DNA from: Barthelona sp. PAP020
Taxonomy: Eukaryota
Direction: 5' to 3'
Length of the DNA: 35,116 bases
Assembly: GCA_040182905.1 (NCBI GenBank)
Contig: JARQWU010000091.1
Span: 1 to 35,116 of the forward strand
Of this stretch, positions 1 to 9,490 are shown piece by piece (the first letter of the stretch is position 1; every line of letters begins with the position of its first letter). The notes beneath the pieces are model-generated. The model made no database searches, was not told the origin of the DNA, and saw only the letters and a list, made by a program, of their open reading frames with translations. The position numbers and the translations under genes are program-made.

Positions 1-150
1 AATGACAAAATAACTTGTGTTGACGACATGGAGTATGTGAAATATATTATAGATGACAAAATAATCTATTTATGTGATGGAAACAACATCATCTCTTGTT
101 TAGAAAGAGTTTTCAACATCGACGAAATGGCAGACCGTTATAAATTGTAG
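1..150 (+). CDS. 3' end of an unidentified protein gene (truncated by window edge)
   Basis: Frame 1 is open from base 1 to TAG at 148-150 (NDKITCVDDMEYVKYIIDDKIIYLCDGNNIISCLERVFNIDEMADRYKL*), has coding-like composition and is followed by a T-rich spacer. Confidence 0.65.
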   Translation, partial: NDKITCVDDMEYVKYIIDDKIIYLCDGNNIISCLERVFNIDEMADRYKL

Positions 151-300
151 TTTCTATTTTTCATTTTGACAACTTTGATGAATAAACTTGGAGAATTTTT
201 CGCTTTTGAAAAAAGAACTGATTCTGAAGGAATTTTTTTGCTGCCTTTGGTTTTTCTTCTTCATTGGTTTGTTTTCCTTCATATTATTTGTTGAATTTAT

Positions 301-2667
301 ATGGATTTAGAGATTATTGAAGGTTTATATACTCATTCCGGTCTTCTAAAACACACACAAAAAAGGAATGAGATTTTCAATTATTTATTTGACATAGGAT
401 CATCGGATACTCATATGCAAGATTCTTCATCTCTTTTATCGAAAGTTTCTGATGTCGAAAATTTTTTTGATGAAATTTCCATTGAAACGAAGATTTTTAC
501 CCAAATTCCAAATTTTAATTATTATTTGTGGTTGTTCAGTTTTCGTCCGGAGGTTAAGCATGAACGATATATTTGTATTATCTGGGATGAATCTTTTGAA
601 ACAACTGACAAGAATCGTGTTTTGCTTCAAAAAGAAGTTGAAGTTTCTTCACAGACAAAATTTTTGAATAAAGTTTGTTTTTGTGAAAATGGTTCTTTGG
701 TGGTTTTTGGAACAACTTCTGGATTTAAATTTTTCAAGCTTTCAATTTGTGGAAACAGGCTTTCTTTTGACATTGTACAAACTTTAAATATTTTTTCTGG
801 TGATATAATTACATTTGATATTTCTCAAAACACAGGTCTTTTGTACCAGGATGCTGTTCACAAACCATATTTAATTGCAGTGGGAAAAGTTATTGATGGC
901 AATGACATGCTATTATTTTCATATCAAAGAAGTGATGGTATTTTTGTTGAACCATTGACCTTGTCTTTTGATGTTGGTGAAAAAGCTTATCGAATTTATG
1001 ATGTGGCATTTTCGCCGATCAGCGCAGAGATATCAATTCAAACTGAAGATTCTGTCTTGCTCATTCATGTTGAATGTCTCAAAGATTTGTTAATGGAAGG
1101 TAATAGAGTTTTAACAGAATTAACACCATTTAAAACGTTGTTACATGGAAAAACACCATTCACTACTGGTCCTCTTGCTTTTGCTGTTGGTGAATTGTAC
1201 TTTCGTGAAGAATTTTCTTCATTGAGCTGGGCACCTGATGGCACTATTTTGGCCGTTGGTGGATTATCTCTTTGTCATGATGAAGGGAATTCCTCAATAT
1301 GTGTATTATTGCAGCGTCCTAAAGATCAACAATTGAGGTGGAATAATTTTTTTTTTGCGGGGTTTAAGGGTATTGTGTCAACAGTACGTTTTTATCCATC
1401 ATTATTTACAATTAAAACAAATTCTAATACCATTAGAAAGAAACAACATCTGGGGAAATTTACAGCGATTATTTTTATTGGAACCTCTGAAGGTGAATTA
1501 GCTCTATTTTCAACTCTTGAAAAGGCTCCTATTTATTTGACAAATGTATCAGACATGGATAGAATAATATGTGTTGGTTTAGATTATACTTGTCCCAGAT
1601 TTTTTTCATTTTTGAGAAAAGGCATAATAATCTCTGGTGTTGCTCCAAAAAAGAACTCTTTTAAGTCTATTGGAAAAAAAGAAAAAGAAGCATTAATCAA
1701 TGAAATTAAGACATATTTTGATTCTTTTTCTTTGAAGAAGTCTATTTATCCAAAAGCATCCACTACCGAGTTTTTTTTTTCCATCAAACATCATTCTGGT
1801 GTTGGATCTTTCAATTTTTGTGAAATTTCTTCTCATAATAATTGGAAACGTCATTTATATGGTCGTAATGTTAGAGTTTTTCAAGGAAAATTTATTTATA
1901 TTGTTTCAACAAATGGTGACATTTTCATTTTTGATCAACAAAGTATACAGATATTCCCTTCTTTTAATATTGGTGGAAATGTGATTTTGTTTCATGCTGA
2001 CAGGGGAAATTCTTCTGAAGAATATATAACATGCTATTTGGACACTAAGGAATTATGTATTTTAACAGTTTCATATTTTTCTTCCATCATTAAACCTGTT
2101 ATAACTTTTCGGGAAAATATTGAAGGATTTTGTTGTTTTAGTGATGATTCTTTATCATCAAAAATCAGATATCCTATTGGTTGCAGAGCCTTGGAATCTC
2201 AACGTCCCATCATATTTTTATCTGATAATTCATCTTACATGTATGAAAATTCGCTTAATCTTTGGATTTCTGTTTCAGATGAATACTCAATGACAAATAA
2301 CATAGCAGTTTCATCTCTGATTGGTAACAATATCGAAAGAAAATTGATGGAACAACGTTGTGAGTTTTTTAACAGAGAAACTATTGATTATAACATTAAT
2401 TCAGCACCTACTGTAATGAAAATTGAAACTTTTTGCAATGATATTGAAAGAGAATTATTGTTTTTGCAACTTTTTCAAAAAAAAGAATATTCAGTCAGAC
2501 CATTAGTTAATTTGGTGGATAGTTATCTTGAATTATTGGCGAATGTTGAAATTGATGATAAAAAGAAATATCTTTCTGCTCTTAAAAACCGATTATCTGA
2601 TCATCCTAGAGTTTTTATTGAACTTCAAAAGTTGTCCAAAAAGATTTCAGATTCTTTTTTTTATTAG
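301..2667 (+). CDS. HIRA: HIRA/Hir1-like histone H3.3 chaperone (divergent WD40 plus C-terminal Hira domain)
   Basis: 788-aa ORF. The motifs FSSLSWAPDG, FAGFKGIVSTVRFYPSLF, IGTSEGELALFSTLEKAP and PIIFLSDNSSYMYENSLNLWISVSD occur in the order and form of HIRA motifs (LSWSPDG; FVGH..VTVVKFNPKIF; VGSKD..LSVW.T..KRP; PV..LSDG..Y.F..SL..W..VSD). Confidence 0.75.
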   Translation: MDLEIIEGLYTHSGLLKHTQKRNEIFNYLFDIGSSDTHMQDSSSLLSKVSDVENFFDEISIETKIFTQIPNFNYYLWLFSFRPEVKHERYICIIWDESFETTDKNRVLLQKEVEVSSQTKFLNKVCFCENGSLVVFGTTSGFKFFKLSICGNRLSFDIVQTLNIFSGDIITFDISQNTGLLYQDAVHKPYLIAVGKVIDGNDMLLFSYQRSDGIFVEPLTLSFDVGEKAYRIYDVAFSPISAEISIQTEDSVLLIHVECLKDLLMEGNRVLTELTPFKTLLHGKTPFTTGPLAFAVGELYFREEFSSLSWAPDGTILAVGGLSLCHDEGNSSICVLLQRPKDQQLRWNNFFFAGFKGIVSTVRFYPSLFTIKTNSNTIRKKQHLGKFTAIIFIGTSEGELALFSTLEKAPIYLTNVSDMDRIICVGLDYTCPRFFSFLRKGIIISGVAPKKNSFKSIGKKEKEALINEIKTYFDSFSLKKSIYPKASTTEFFFSIKHHSGVGSFNFCEISSHNNWKRHLYGRNVRVFQGKFIYIVSTNGDIFIFDQQSIQIFPSFNIGGNVILFHADRGNSSEEYITCYLDTKELCILTVSYFSSIIKPVITFRENIEGFCCFSDDSLSSKIRYPIGCRALESQRPIIFLSDNSSYMYENSLNLWISVSDEYSMTNNIAVSSLIGNNIERKLMEQRCEFFNRETIDYNINSAPTVMKIETFCNDIERELLFLQLFQKKEYSVRPLVNLVDSYLELLANVEIDDKKKYLSALKNRLSDHPRVFIELQKLSKKISDSFFY

Positions 2668-2774
2668 TTATTTTTTGCTTTTTTTGGATTTTGTCATTTT
2701 TATTTGTTGTAATTGTTTGTTTTGAAATCAGTAAAGGTAACTTTCATGTTTTTTTTTTTTTTCTTTTTTTTGTT

Positions 2775-3395
2775 ATGTCAGAATACAATTATGATACTTT
2801 GAGCAGAAATCAAAAAAGGGAATATAATAAAACGTATACAATTCCTTCGATGCCATCCAAGACCAGTCACGAAATTTCTTCTTCATTAACCAATGAATTT
2901 ATGAAATCTTCCTTTTTCGAATGCAATTCAGGACTTAAAAATCAAGGATTTCAAAATGGTTCTGTCACTGATTTGTCACATTTGGATGAATGTCTTTATT
3001 TTATTGATGAAAGTATAAATGAAACTGAATTCGGATGGAAAACATTTGTAAAAGTTTATCATAATCCGGATTTTGATGTGGATTCTTCGGATTTACCTCT
3101 TTCAAAATACTGTTTTTTTGGACCTTCCAGACCTTTACCAAATCAAATTGTTTTCAATAATGTATGTATCAATGAGTTACCAACTGTAAATTCTGCTTTT
3201 ATGTCTAAAATAGATTTGTTGGAAGGATTTTTGGAAGATCTAAGAGAAAATATTGAATCATTTGAACGAGTTGTTCCTTTGGATGGAATAACTTTTTCAG
3301 TGGCTGATGAACCGTCATCATCTGTTGTTCCTCCTATGAATTTAATTTCGGAAGTGGCACAAAAAGTTTTTAATGCGTCTGAAATAAATGGCTGA
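2775..3395 (+). CDS. hypothetical protein (~206 aa)
   Basis: The ORF track starts at 2691, but that extension is just a poly-T tract. The first ATG is 2775 (MSEYNYD...) and the stop is TGA. No family recognised. Confidence 0.75.
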   Translation: MSEYNYDTLSRNQKREYNKTYTIPSMPSKTSHEISSSLTNEFMKSSFFECNSGLKNQGFQNGSVTDLSHLDECLYFIDESINETEFGWKTFVKVYHNPDFDVDSSDLPLSKYCFFGPSRPLPNQIVFNNVCINELPTVNSAFMSKIDLLEGFLEDLRENIESFERVVPLDGITFSVADEPSSSVVPPMNLISEVAQKVFNASEING

Positions 3396-3493
3396 TCAAA
3401 TAAAATAAATTGTTAAAATTGTTTATTTTTGAAAATAATGGAAAGTTGAATGTTTGTCAGTTATATAAAAAGGAAAAAAATAATGATGAGAAT

Positions 3494-4426
3494 TCATTTG
3501 ACAATCTTATCACAAAGACATGAAAAATTTTCAAAATTTGAGTTTTCATGAGCCAAAACATTTAACAATCTGAAATGCCTATTTCTTATTAAAATCCCAG
3601 CTAATAAATTTGAATCGGAATCTTTTATACATGGGACTAACAATCTAACAAATTTCTCATGCTTCCAAAGTTCCAACTCGATAAGTATTTTGGCCAAGTT
3701 CTTTTTCATGCAAATGGAAACAATTTCTTCACAAAGAATTTCTTGATCGACCATATTTAACTCATCAAATAAACTAATTGTGTCTTGTTTATTGTTAAAA
3801 TAATCCCTTTGAATAACTATCAATTGAGCAAAGAATTTCCAATGTTTAAAGTTTTTGCACACAACTACAGTTTCATTGAATATCTCAATTGAATTTTCAG
3901 GACTTAACATCTCTAAATACGTGAAATATGTATCTGTGTCAAGATTTATTCCAATTTGCAAAAGTATAACATTGAACTTCAAATACTGCACTAAATTTAT
4001 CGAAAAATCCAAATCATTAACTCTATTTTTCATTTGGGCAGTAATTTCTTCATAGATTTCAAACATTTTTGTTTTTGCCCTTCTTTGAATAGTCTTTGCA
4101 TCTTTAATTTCAAAACAAATTTCAGTAAATCTGGCAATGAAGTATATTAAACTGACAAATGTTTGGTTTGACAATAAATGCAAGGATTTGGAACAATATT
4201 CATTTATTCCGTCAAACAAATAATTGATTAATTTTGGTGTTGAATATAATATCCATAATGGTGAAACCCCATCCTCTATATCTTTTTCTAAAGACAAATT
4301 ATCTGGAAATGATTCTGCAGAAAAGACAATAATATTTTTAATGGGAAAAGAAGTGTTGTGTCTGAGTGAATAACATTCGGAAGATGCAATTAAAGATTTA
4401 AAATTATCGATCAAAGTGGTTTCCAT
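3494..4426 (-). CDS. hypothetical alpha-helical protein (~310 aa)
   Basis: Long ORF with first ATG at 4426 (METTLIDN...). Leu/Ile-rich helical pattern; no family recognised. Confidence 0.75.
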   Translation of the reverse strand: METTLIDNFKSLIASSECYSLRHNTSFPIKNIIVFSAESFPDNLSLEKDIEDGVSPLWILYSTPKLINYLFDGINEYCSKSLHLLSNQTFVSLIYFIARFTEICFEIKDAKTIQRRAKTKMFEIYEEITAQMKNRVNDLDFSINLVQYLKFNVILLQIGINLDTDTYFTYLEMLSPENSIEIFNETVVVCKNFKHWKFFAQLIVIQRDYFNNKQDTISLFDELNMVDQEILCEEIVSICMKKNLAKILIELELWKHEKFVRLLVPCIKDSDSNLLAGILIRNRHFRLLNVLAHENSNFENFSCLCDKIVK

Positions 4427-4596
4427 AAAAATTGTTTTGTGTTTTTGAATTGTCAGAACCAATTTAGTTTGTAAAATTTAAAAGTTTTGATGACAATGTG
4501 GTTTTTATTTGAAGTGTTTTTTGAAAATATGGAAAAAACAAAAAGAGCAAATTTTTTGAATTGAGAAGTTCTTCTTCAAAGCAAAGTTTGCAAAAT

Positions 4597-7341
4597 ATGT
4601 ATCGAAATTATAATAACAAGCGAATAGATGGGATAATAACGGCAAATAAATTTTATTCATCCTTAAAAACAAATGACATAAATTCGAAAGAAACGAAAAT
4701 AGAAATACCAAAATATCCACCTCGTTTATCTTTTTTTTCGCGATTGGATTCTGAGAGCACAATCAACAATTCAAATTTTTTTGATTTTGATTATTTAAAG
4801 GATTTAAAAACTATAAACAATGCAATATATAATACAAAAGGGGATATTAAAGAAAAGAAAGACCAAAATTTTGAATCAAAACCCATAAAATTCAAAAATT
4901 TTGTTAAGCAACCTTATGGTATTTTTAATTCAACCGAAGTTCCTTTATTAAAGAGTAGAAATACTCCTTTTATGGCAAAATTGTATGAAAAATCGATTTG
5001 TCGACCAAAAGAAAAAGAATCTAGTTTGGACTTTAGAAACATGAAAACAAGAGGAAATATTAAATTTAAACCTTTGAATCATCCATATGCTTTGAAACTT
5101 TTAAAAACAAGAAGTGCTATTCAAGATGACCGGTTTGATTTGATTGATTCTCCTTTTCAAAAGCTGGAGGCATCAACACATAATAGTCATTTGTTGCCAT
5201 CTGGTTTGAAAGGGTCAAAATCACAAATGGCTGAGAGATTGTTTTCAAACAGTGATCAAAGGCGGACTGATTTCATTGAAGAATGTTACAGCTCATCAAC
5301 ATCAAAAAATCAAAAAGAATTGAATAAACAAAATGATTATTGTGCAATTCCCCCAATGAAAAGATTTTCCAATTCTTTCTTGGTTCATTCCCAACATTTG
5401 GAAAGTTTTAATAACGTTCATGTTGGTTTTAAAGATAGAGCTGACCGTAAATCTTCTTTATTTAGTCCTAAAGGCATGGAATATATTCAATCTGGCCAAA
5501 AAATATATGTTTCACCTGAAAAGTTGTTGGAAGCTCAAAATTTAGTTTTTAATTTATCATCTCATTCATTAAAGAATATTATTTCAAATGCCAAGCAGAT
5601 AATATGTGTTGCTGGAATGGATATTCATTTATTACCATCTGATTTTAACTATGATGCAATAACATTGGCTTATGCATTGATACGCAGTGATATTGTGGTC
5701 AATATATGTGAAAAATTGCGCAATTTATTGAAATTGTTTTTTGAATCCCTTCGAAAACAATCATCTGTTGTTGAAATTCAACTTTTATGTATAGAAAAAA
5801 TTTGTATAGTTGTTTTATTCTTACTTAGATGTGTTCCTTCTTGTAAAATTCATTTTAAAACACATAATATATTTGAAATCCTTCATAAATTTTTTTCTTC
5901 TAACATTTCATTGACTTTTCAGGGAAAGTTATTGATATCTCGTGAGTTATCTTCTTGTATATTTTCTACCAAACTTTTTAGCGCGATTACCGAGATATTT
6001 ATCAATTTAGACATTCCTTATGTTAAATACAGTCAATTTAAAGTCGTTTCAAAGTATCTTAATTTTCTTCCTCATAATTTGCCAATTATTTGCACTGATG
6101 AATTATCTTCAGTAAAATCGATGGAAGTTTTCAGTGATTATCTCAACCAAACTCTTTATCTGTTTCAATATTTTATTCATTTGGACATTCAACAATTTGT
6201 AAATGACCTTCAATTGTCGATAGTTCAAATTCAAGAAAAAAATAATCTTTTTACTGAAGGGGGTTTGTTGAGATTTGTAAATTTTTTGAATTTTTTCACT
6301 AAATATGTTGAAAAAAGTTATTCAAATGGTGTTGATGATATTTCTTCAATTACTAGTGTGCTTGGTTTGAATTTGTTCATCACAAAAATTTGTTTATTTT
6401 CTTCAAAAGCTGCCAAACAATTTGTTGATTGTGACATTATTTTTATTTTATGGGAAAATTGTCATATTTTTCAAAAATTTCAAATCAACACAATGAATGA
6501 AACTTCTTCTGGAGTTATTTCTCAAAGTATTCAACTGCCTTTTTATTATGCGATTGATTGTCTTTCAGTCATTTTTGACAGTTTGAAGAATGATTCAAAT
6601 ATTGACATTCTTCAACTTTGTTTTGATTTGGATATGGTCCCTTTTTTTGTGCAGAATATAAATAAATGTTTGGCTGCGTTTTCTTTGGTTGAAACCAATA
6701 AAGAAAAACAAAAAATTGTTGAAATCACAGCATCAATTATTGTTGTTTTATATTCATTGTGTGCAGATTCTGTTGCTGCTTGTGAAGAATTTGTAAGTGA
6801 GTCAAAAAATTTTTCTTTTGTTGAACTAATTGAAATGAATCCTTTATGTTCAATTTTGTTTGGTCTCTTGACAACCACTATTCTTTCAAACTGTAAAAGC
6901 AATAAAATTCCTATTAATAAGATTCAAAGCATTTGGAAAAATTGCATTTCTTCATTTTTGCTGTCATTGGATTCCAATTTTGAAGACAATTCGTTTCCTT
7001 ATATTCCTGCTTTGATATCTGTTGTTCCAAATATCACAAGCAAATTGTACATTGTCTATGCTTTGTCTTCCTTGATCCACAACAATTCATCAAATGCAAA
7101 AATTGCCTTTGAGAATGAAATCATTTCATTTTTGACACAAATTTTGCATGAAATTTCCCCCAATTCTCTTTTGTTTCAAGAATCAATAATTTGTGCTGAT
7201 AATTTGATCAAACAAGATCTTGTTTTTGCAAAATCTTTCTTTCAATATTGCCAACCTCAATTTTTGGTGGATTGTTTGAAAGATTGTGAAAAATCATTTG
7301 TTCCAACAATCAATTCTCTCCTCAGACTTTCCTCTGAATAA
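4597..7341 (+). CDS. hypothetical protein with a basic, disordered N-terminus and an ARM/HEAT-like C-terminal solenoid
   Basis: ORF of ~914 aa from ATG 4597. The first ~310 aa are K/S/N-rich; the rest has armadillo-like amphipathic repeats (e.g. IVYALSSLIHNNSSNAKIAFENEIISFLTQIL). Confidence 0.7.
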   Translation: MYRNYNNKRIDGIITANKFYSSLKTNDINSKETKIEIPKYPPRLSFFSRLDSESTINNSNFFDFDYLKDLKTINNAIYNTKGDIKEKKDQNFESKPIKFKNFVKQPYGIFNSTEVPLLKSRNTPFMAKLYEKSICRPKEKESSLDFRNMKTRGNIKFKPLNHPYALKLLKTRSAIQDDRFDLIDSPFQKLEASTHNSHLLPSGLKGSKSQMAERLFSNSDQRRTDFIEECYSSSTSKNQKELNKQNDYCAIPPMKRFSNSFLVHSQHLESFNNVHVGFKDRADRKSSLFSPKGMEYIQSGQKIYVSPEKLLEAQNLVFNLSSHSLKNIISNAKQIICVAGMDIHLLPSDFNYDAITLAYALIRSDIVVNICEKLRNLLKLFFESLRKQSSVVEIQLLCIEKICIVVLFLLRCVPSCKIHFKTHNIFEILHKFFSSNISLTFQGKLLISRELSSCIFSTKLFSAITEIFINLDIPYVKYSQFKVVSKYLNFLPHNLPIICTDELSSVKSMEVFSDYLNQTLYLFQYFIHLDIQQFVNDLQLSIVQIQEKNNLFTEGGLLRFVNFLNFFTKYVEKSYSNGVDDISSITSVLGLNLFITKICLFSSKAAKQFVDCDIIFILWENCHIFQKFQINTMNETSSGVISQSIQLPFYYAIDCLSVIFDSLKNDSNIDILQLCFDLDMVPFFVQNINKCLAAFSLVETNKEKQKIVEITASIIVVLYSLCADSVAACEEFVSESKNFSFVELIEMNPLCSILFGLLTTTILSNCKSNKIPINKIQSIWKNCISSFLLSLDSNFEDNSFPYIPALISVVPNITSKLYIVYALSSLIHNNSSNAKIAFENEIISFLTQILHEISPNSLLFQESIICADNLIKQDLVFAKSFFQYCQPQFLVDCLKDCEKSFVPTINSLLRLSSE

Positions 7342-8932
7342 ATATTTTTTTTGCAATTCACTTGTTTCACTCAATTTTTTTTTCATTTTGAAGATTTCAA
7401 TTCAATTTCTCTCTCCCTGCTTTTTTGGGTATAAATTTTGCTCAATCCGAAAATTCTTGTGATTCAATTGTGTTCTTTTTCACAACTTTGTGAAAATCTT
7501 ACAAAAGTCAACACATATTTTTCATTTCAATTCAACAACCAACAATTACCAGGGCAATAATATGTTTTGTTGTATTTTCTAAACTTCTTTATTTTCAAAG
7601 GTCTTCTTATTTCTATAAATAAATTTTGCCAATAATTTTAAAATTTTGTTTCAATTAAAAGTCAAGAATCATCGAAATTTCTCTTTAAAATGGTTCACAT
7701 TATTAACAAAAACAAAGTTTTAAACATATTTTCTGGCTGAAATTTTTACAGGTAATGGTTTTAAAAACAGTAATTTTTGTTTTCAATTTTTCATACGATT
7801 CTAAAAGTAAATAAAAAAAGGATTTATTCTAATAATATCTTCACGTTAGTTCTTGAAGTAAATTTGAATAGTCAATATTCAAAATTTGTTGAGACTTTCC
7901 CTTTATTCTTTACCCAAATAAGTTGAGTAAAAGTGGATTCTTTTTGAGTTTGCTATCTTTGTTATTAAAAAATCTGCAACAAAAAATATTTTTTAATTTA
8001 AAATTCTTTTACAGTTTAAATTTAATTTAGGGAATCTTAAATTAGAAAAAAATGTATAATCAATAAATTTTAAAATTGTGATGAAAATCAAGAAATTGTA
8101 TCGTTTTCCTTTAAACAAGAATAAGTTATTAATAAGATTTCAATATGCAAAGAATATCATTTTGAAAATCCAAATTTGTTTCAATTATTTTAAAGATACA
8201 TCCGATATTTAAAAGGGAAAATTCAATATTTTAAAAGCACAAATTTATTATTGAAAGAATTAAGAAAGAAATTTTAAAGTTTGAGAAGATATTTGGAAGG
8301 AATGGTTAAGTATTTATTCTTTTAAAAACAATGCGCGAAAATCGGCCTAGCTTTAAAACAACACAAATCATTCTCATCAACACTGGCACACAAATAATTC
8401 CAAACTATATTTTTTTACAAAAAAAAAGAAAAAAAAGAGAGAGAAAAAGAAGAAAAAACAATGTTCATTCCATTGATCATCAAAGCACATGATTTTATAG
8501 CAATTCTAAAAAAGACAGAACTCTGAGAAAATTTTGAAAGAAAAGAAACTGAAAAAAAAAAGAAAGACTTGATTCAACTCATGAAAATGTCAATTGCAAA
8601 TATCTGACCTGAAGTTGCCCTTGAAACAAACAACCTTTTGTTTTTTGAAAACAAGACTGGGTTGAAAAAATTGACAAAACAGAAAGGAAAAAATTGAAGG
8701 GCAAGTTCAATGAAGAAAACTGATTTGGAAATTTTTTCAATTTCGAAGAAGAAGAATGATTTGCTTGAAAGACAAAAAAGTTTATTTTGTGATGGTAAAT
8801 TTTGGATGGGTTTGGTTTTCAAATTATTGCAGCAAAAAAAAGTTCAAACACAAATAAAAAAGTGAAGAAAGATAAATTTCAAAAAACTGATAAGCAGATG
8901 AAAAAGCAATATTCAATTTTTTTTTTCTCATC
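7342..8932. other. unusually long intergenic region with an AT-rich core (~7560-8330) and compositionally mirrored flanks
   Basis: 1.6 kb with no credible ORF, whereas other spacers are ~50-500 bp. Spot counts in three core lines give 12-20% GC. The flanks almost lack TpA. Confidence 0.7.
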
Positions 8933-9424
8933 ATGATATCTTTCAAACATTTGATTGCACTCTTCACTTTTATTGTTCTTATTAATTGTGCCAAAACACC
9001 AACATTTGATGATTTTTCGGATTTTACTGCCGAATGTGGATCATTTTGTATTAAATATGCCAAAGCCAATGATTTAAATTGGAGACGATGCGGCTATGTT
9101 GAAGAAGCAATGGAAACAGTAATGGATGTGGGTACACGTAATGTTATGTATCGTGTCAACATAACATCTGAATCAAAAATTATGTCTCACATGAATGCAG
9201 ATGTTTCTTGGTGGAAAAAGGCAAAAGAAATTTTAGAACCTTTAATTGAAAGTGTTTGTGCAAGTGAAAAAGAACCTTTGATGAAAAAAGTTTTAACTCA
9301 ATTTGAAACAGCTTGGGTAGAATTCATAACGTTTTTGGTTCAAAATGTTCCACCTGATTCTTGGGAACTTGTGAAAGAAGCACAAACCAAAAGACAAAAT
9401 GAAGAAATGGAACATGATTTGTAA
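8933..9424 (+). CDS. small secretory-pathway protein with signal peptide
   Basis: 163 aa with a hydrophobic N-terminus (MISFKHLIALFTFIVLINCA), four Cys in the mature part, and C-terminus EEMEHDL*. Confidence 0.8.
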   Translation: MISFKHLIALFTFIVLINCAKTPTFDDFSDFTAECGSFCIKYAKANDLNWRRCGYVEEAMETVMDVGTRNVMYRVNITSESKIMSHMNADVSWWKKAKEILEPLIESVCASEKEPLMKKVLTQFETAWVEFITFLVQNVPPDSWELVKEAQTKRQNEEMEHDL

Positions 9425-9490
9425 AAAAAATTATTAATTTGTTTATTTATTCATTATTCACAACAGTGATTTGAATATTTTTCCGTTAAA

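Noticed and set aside
8461..8985. Frame from ATG 8461 interrupted only by five TGA codons, suggesting TGA recoding or a selenoprotein
   Set aside because: Local TpA depletion removes TAA/TAG by itself. TGA is a true stop in GNA1, Rab24 (after CSC) and Spt5, and the peptide resembles nothing I recognise.
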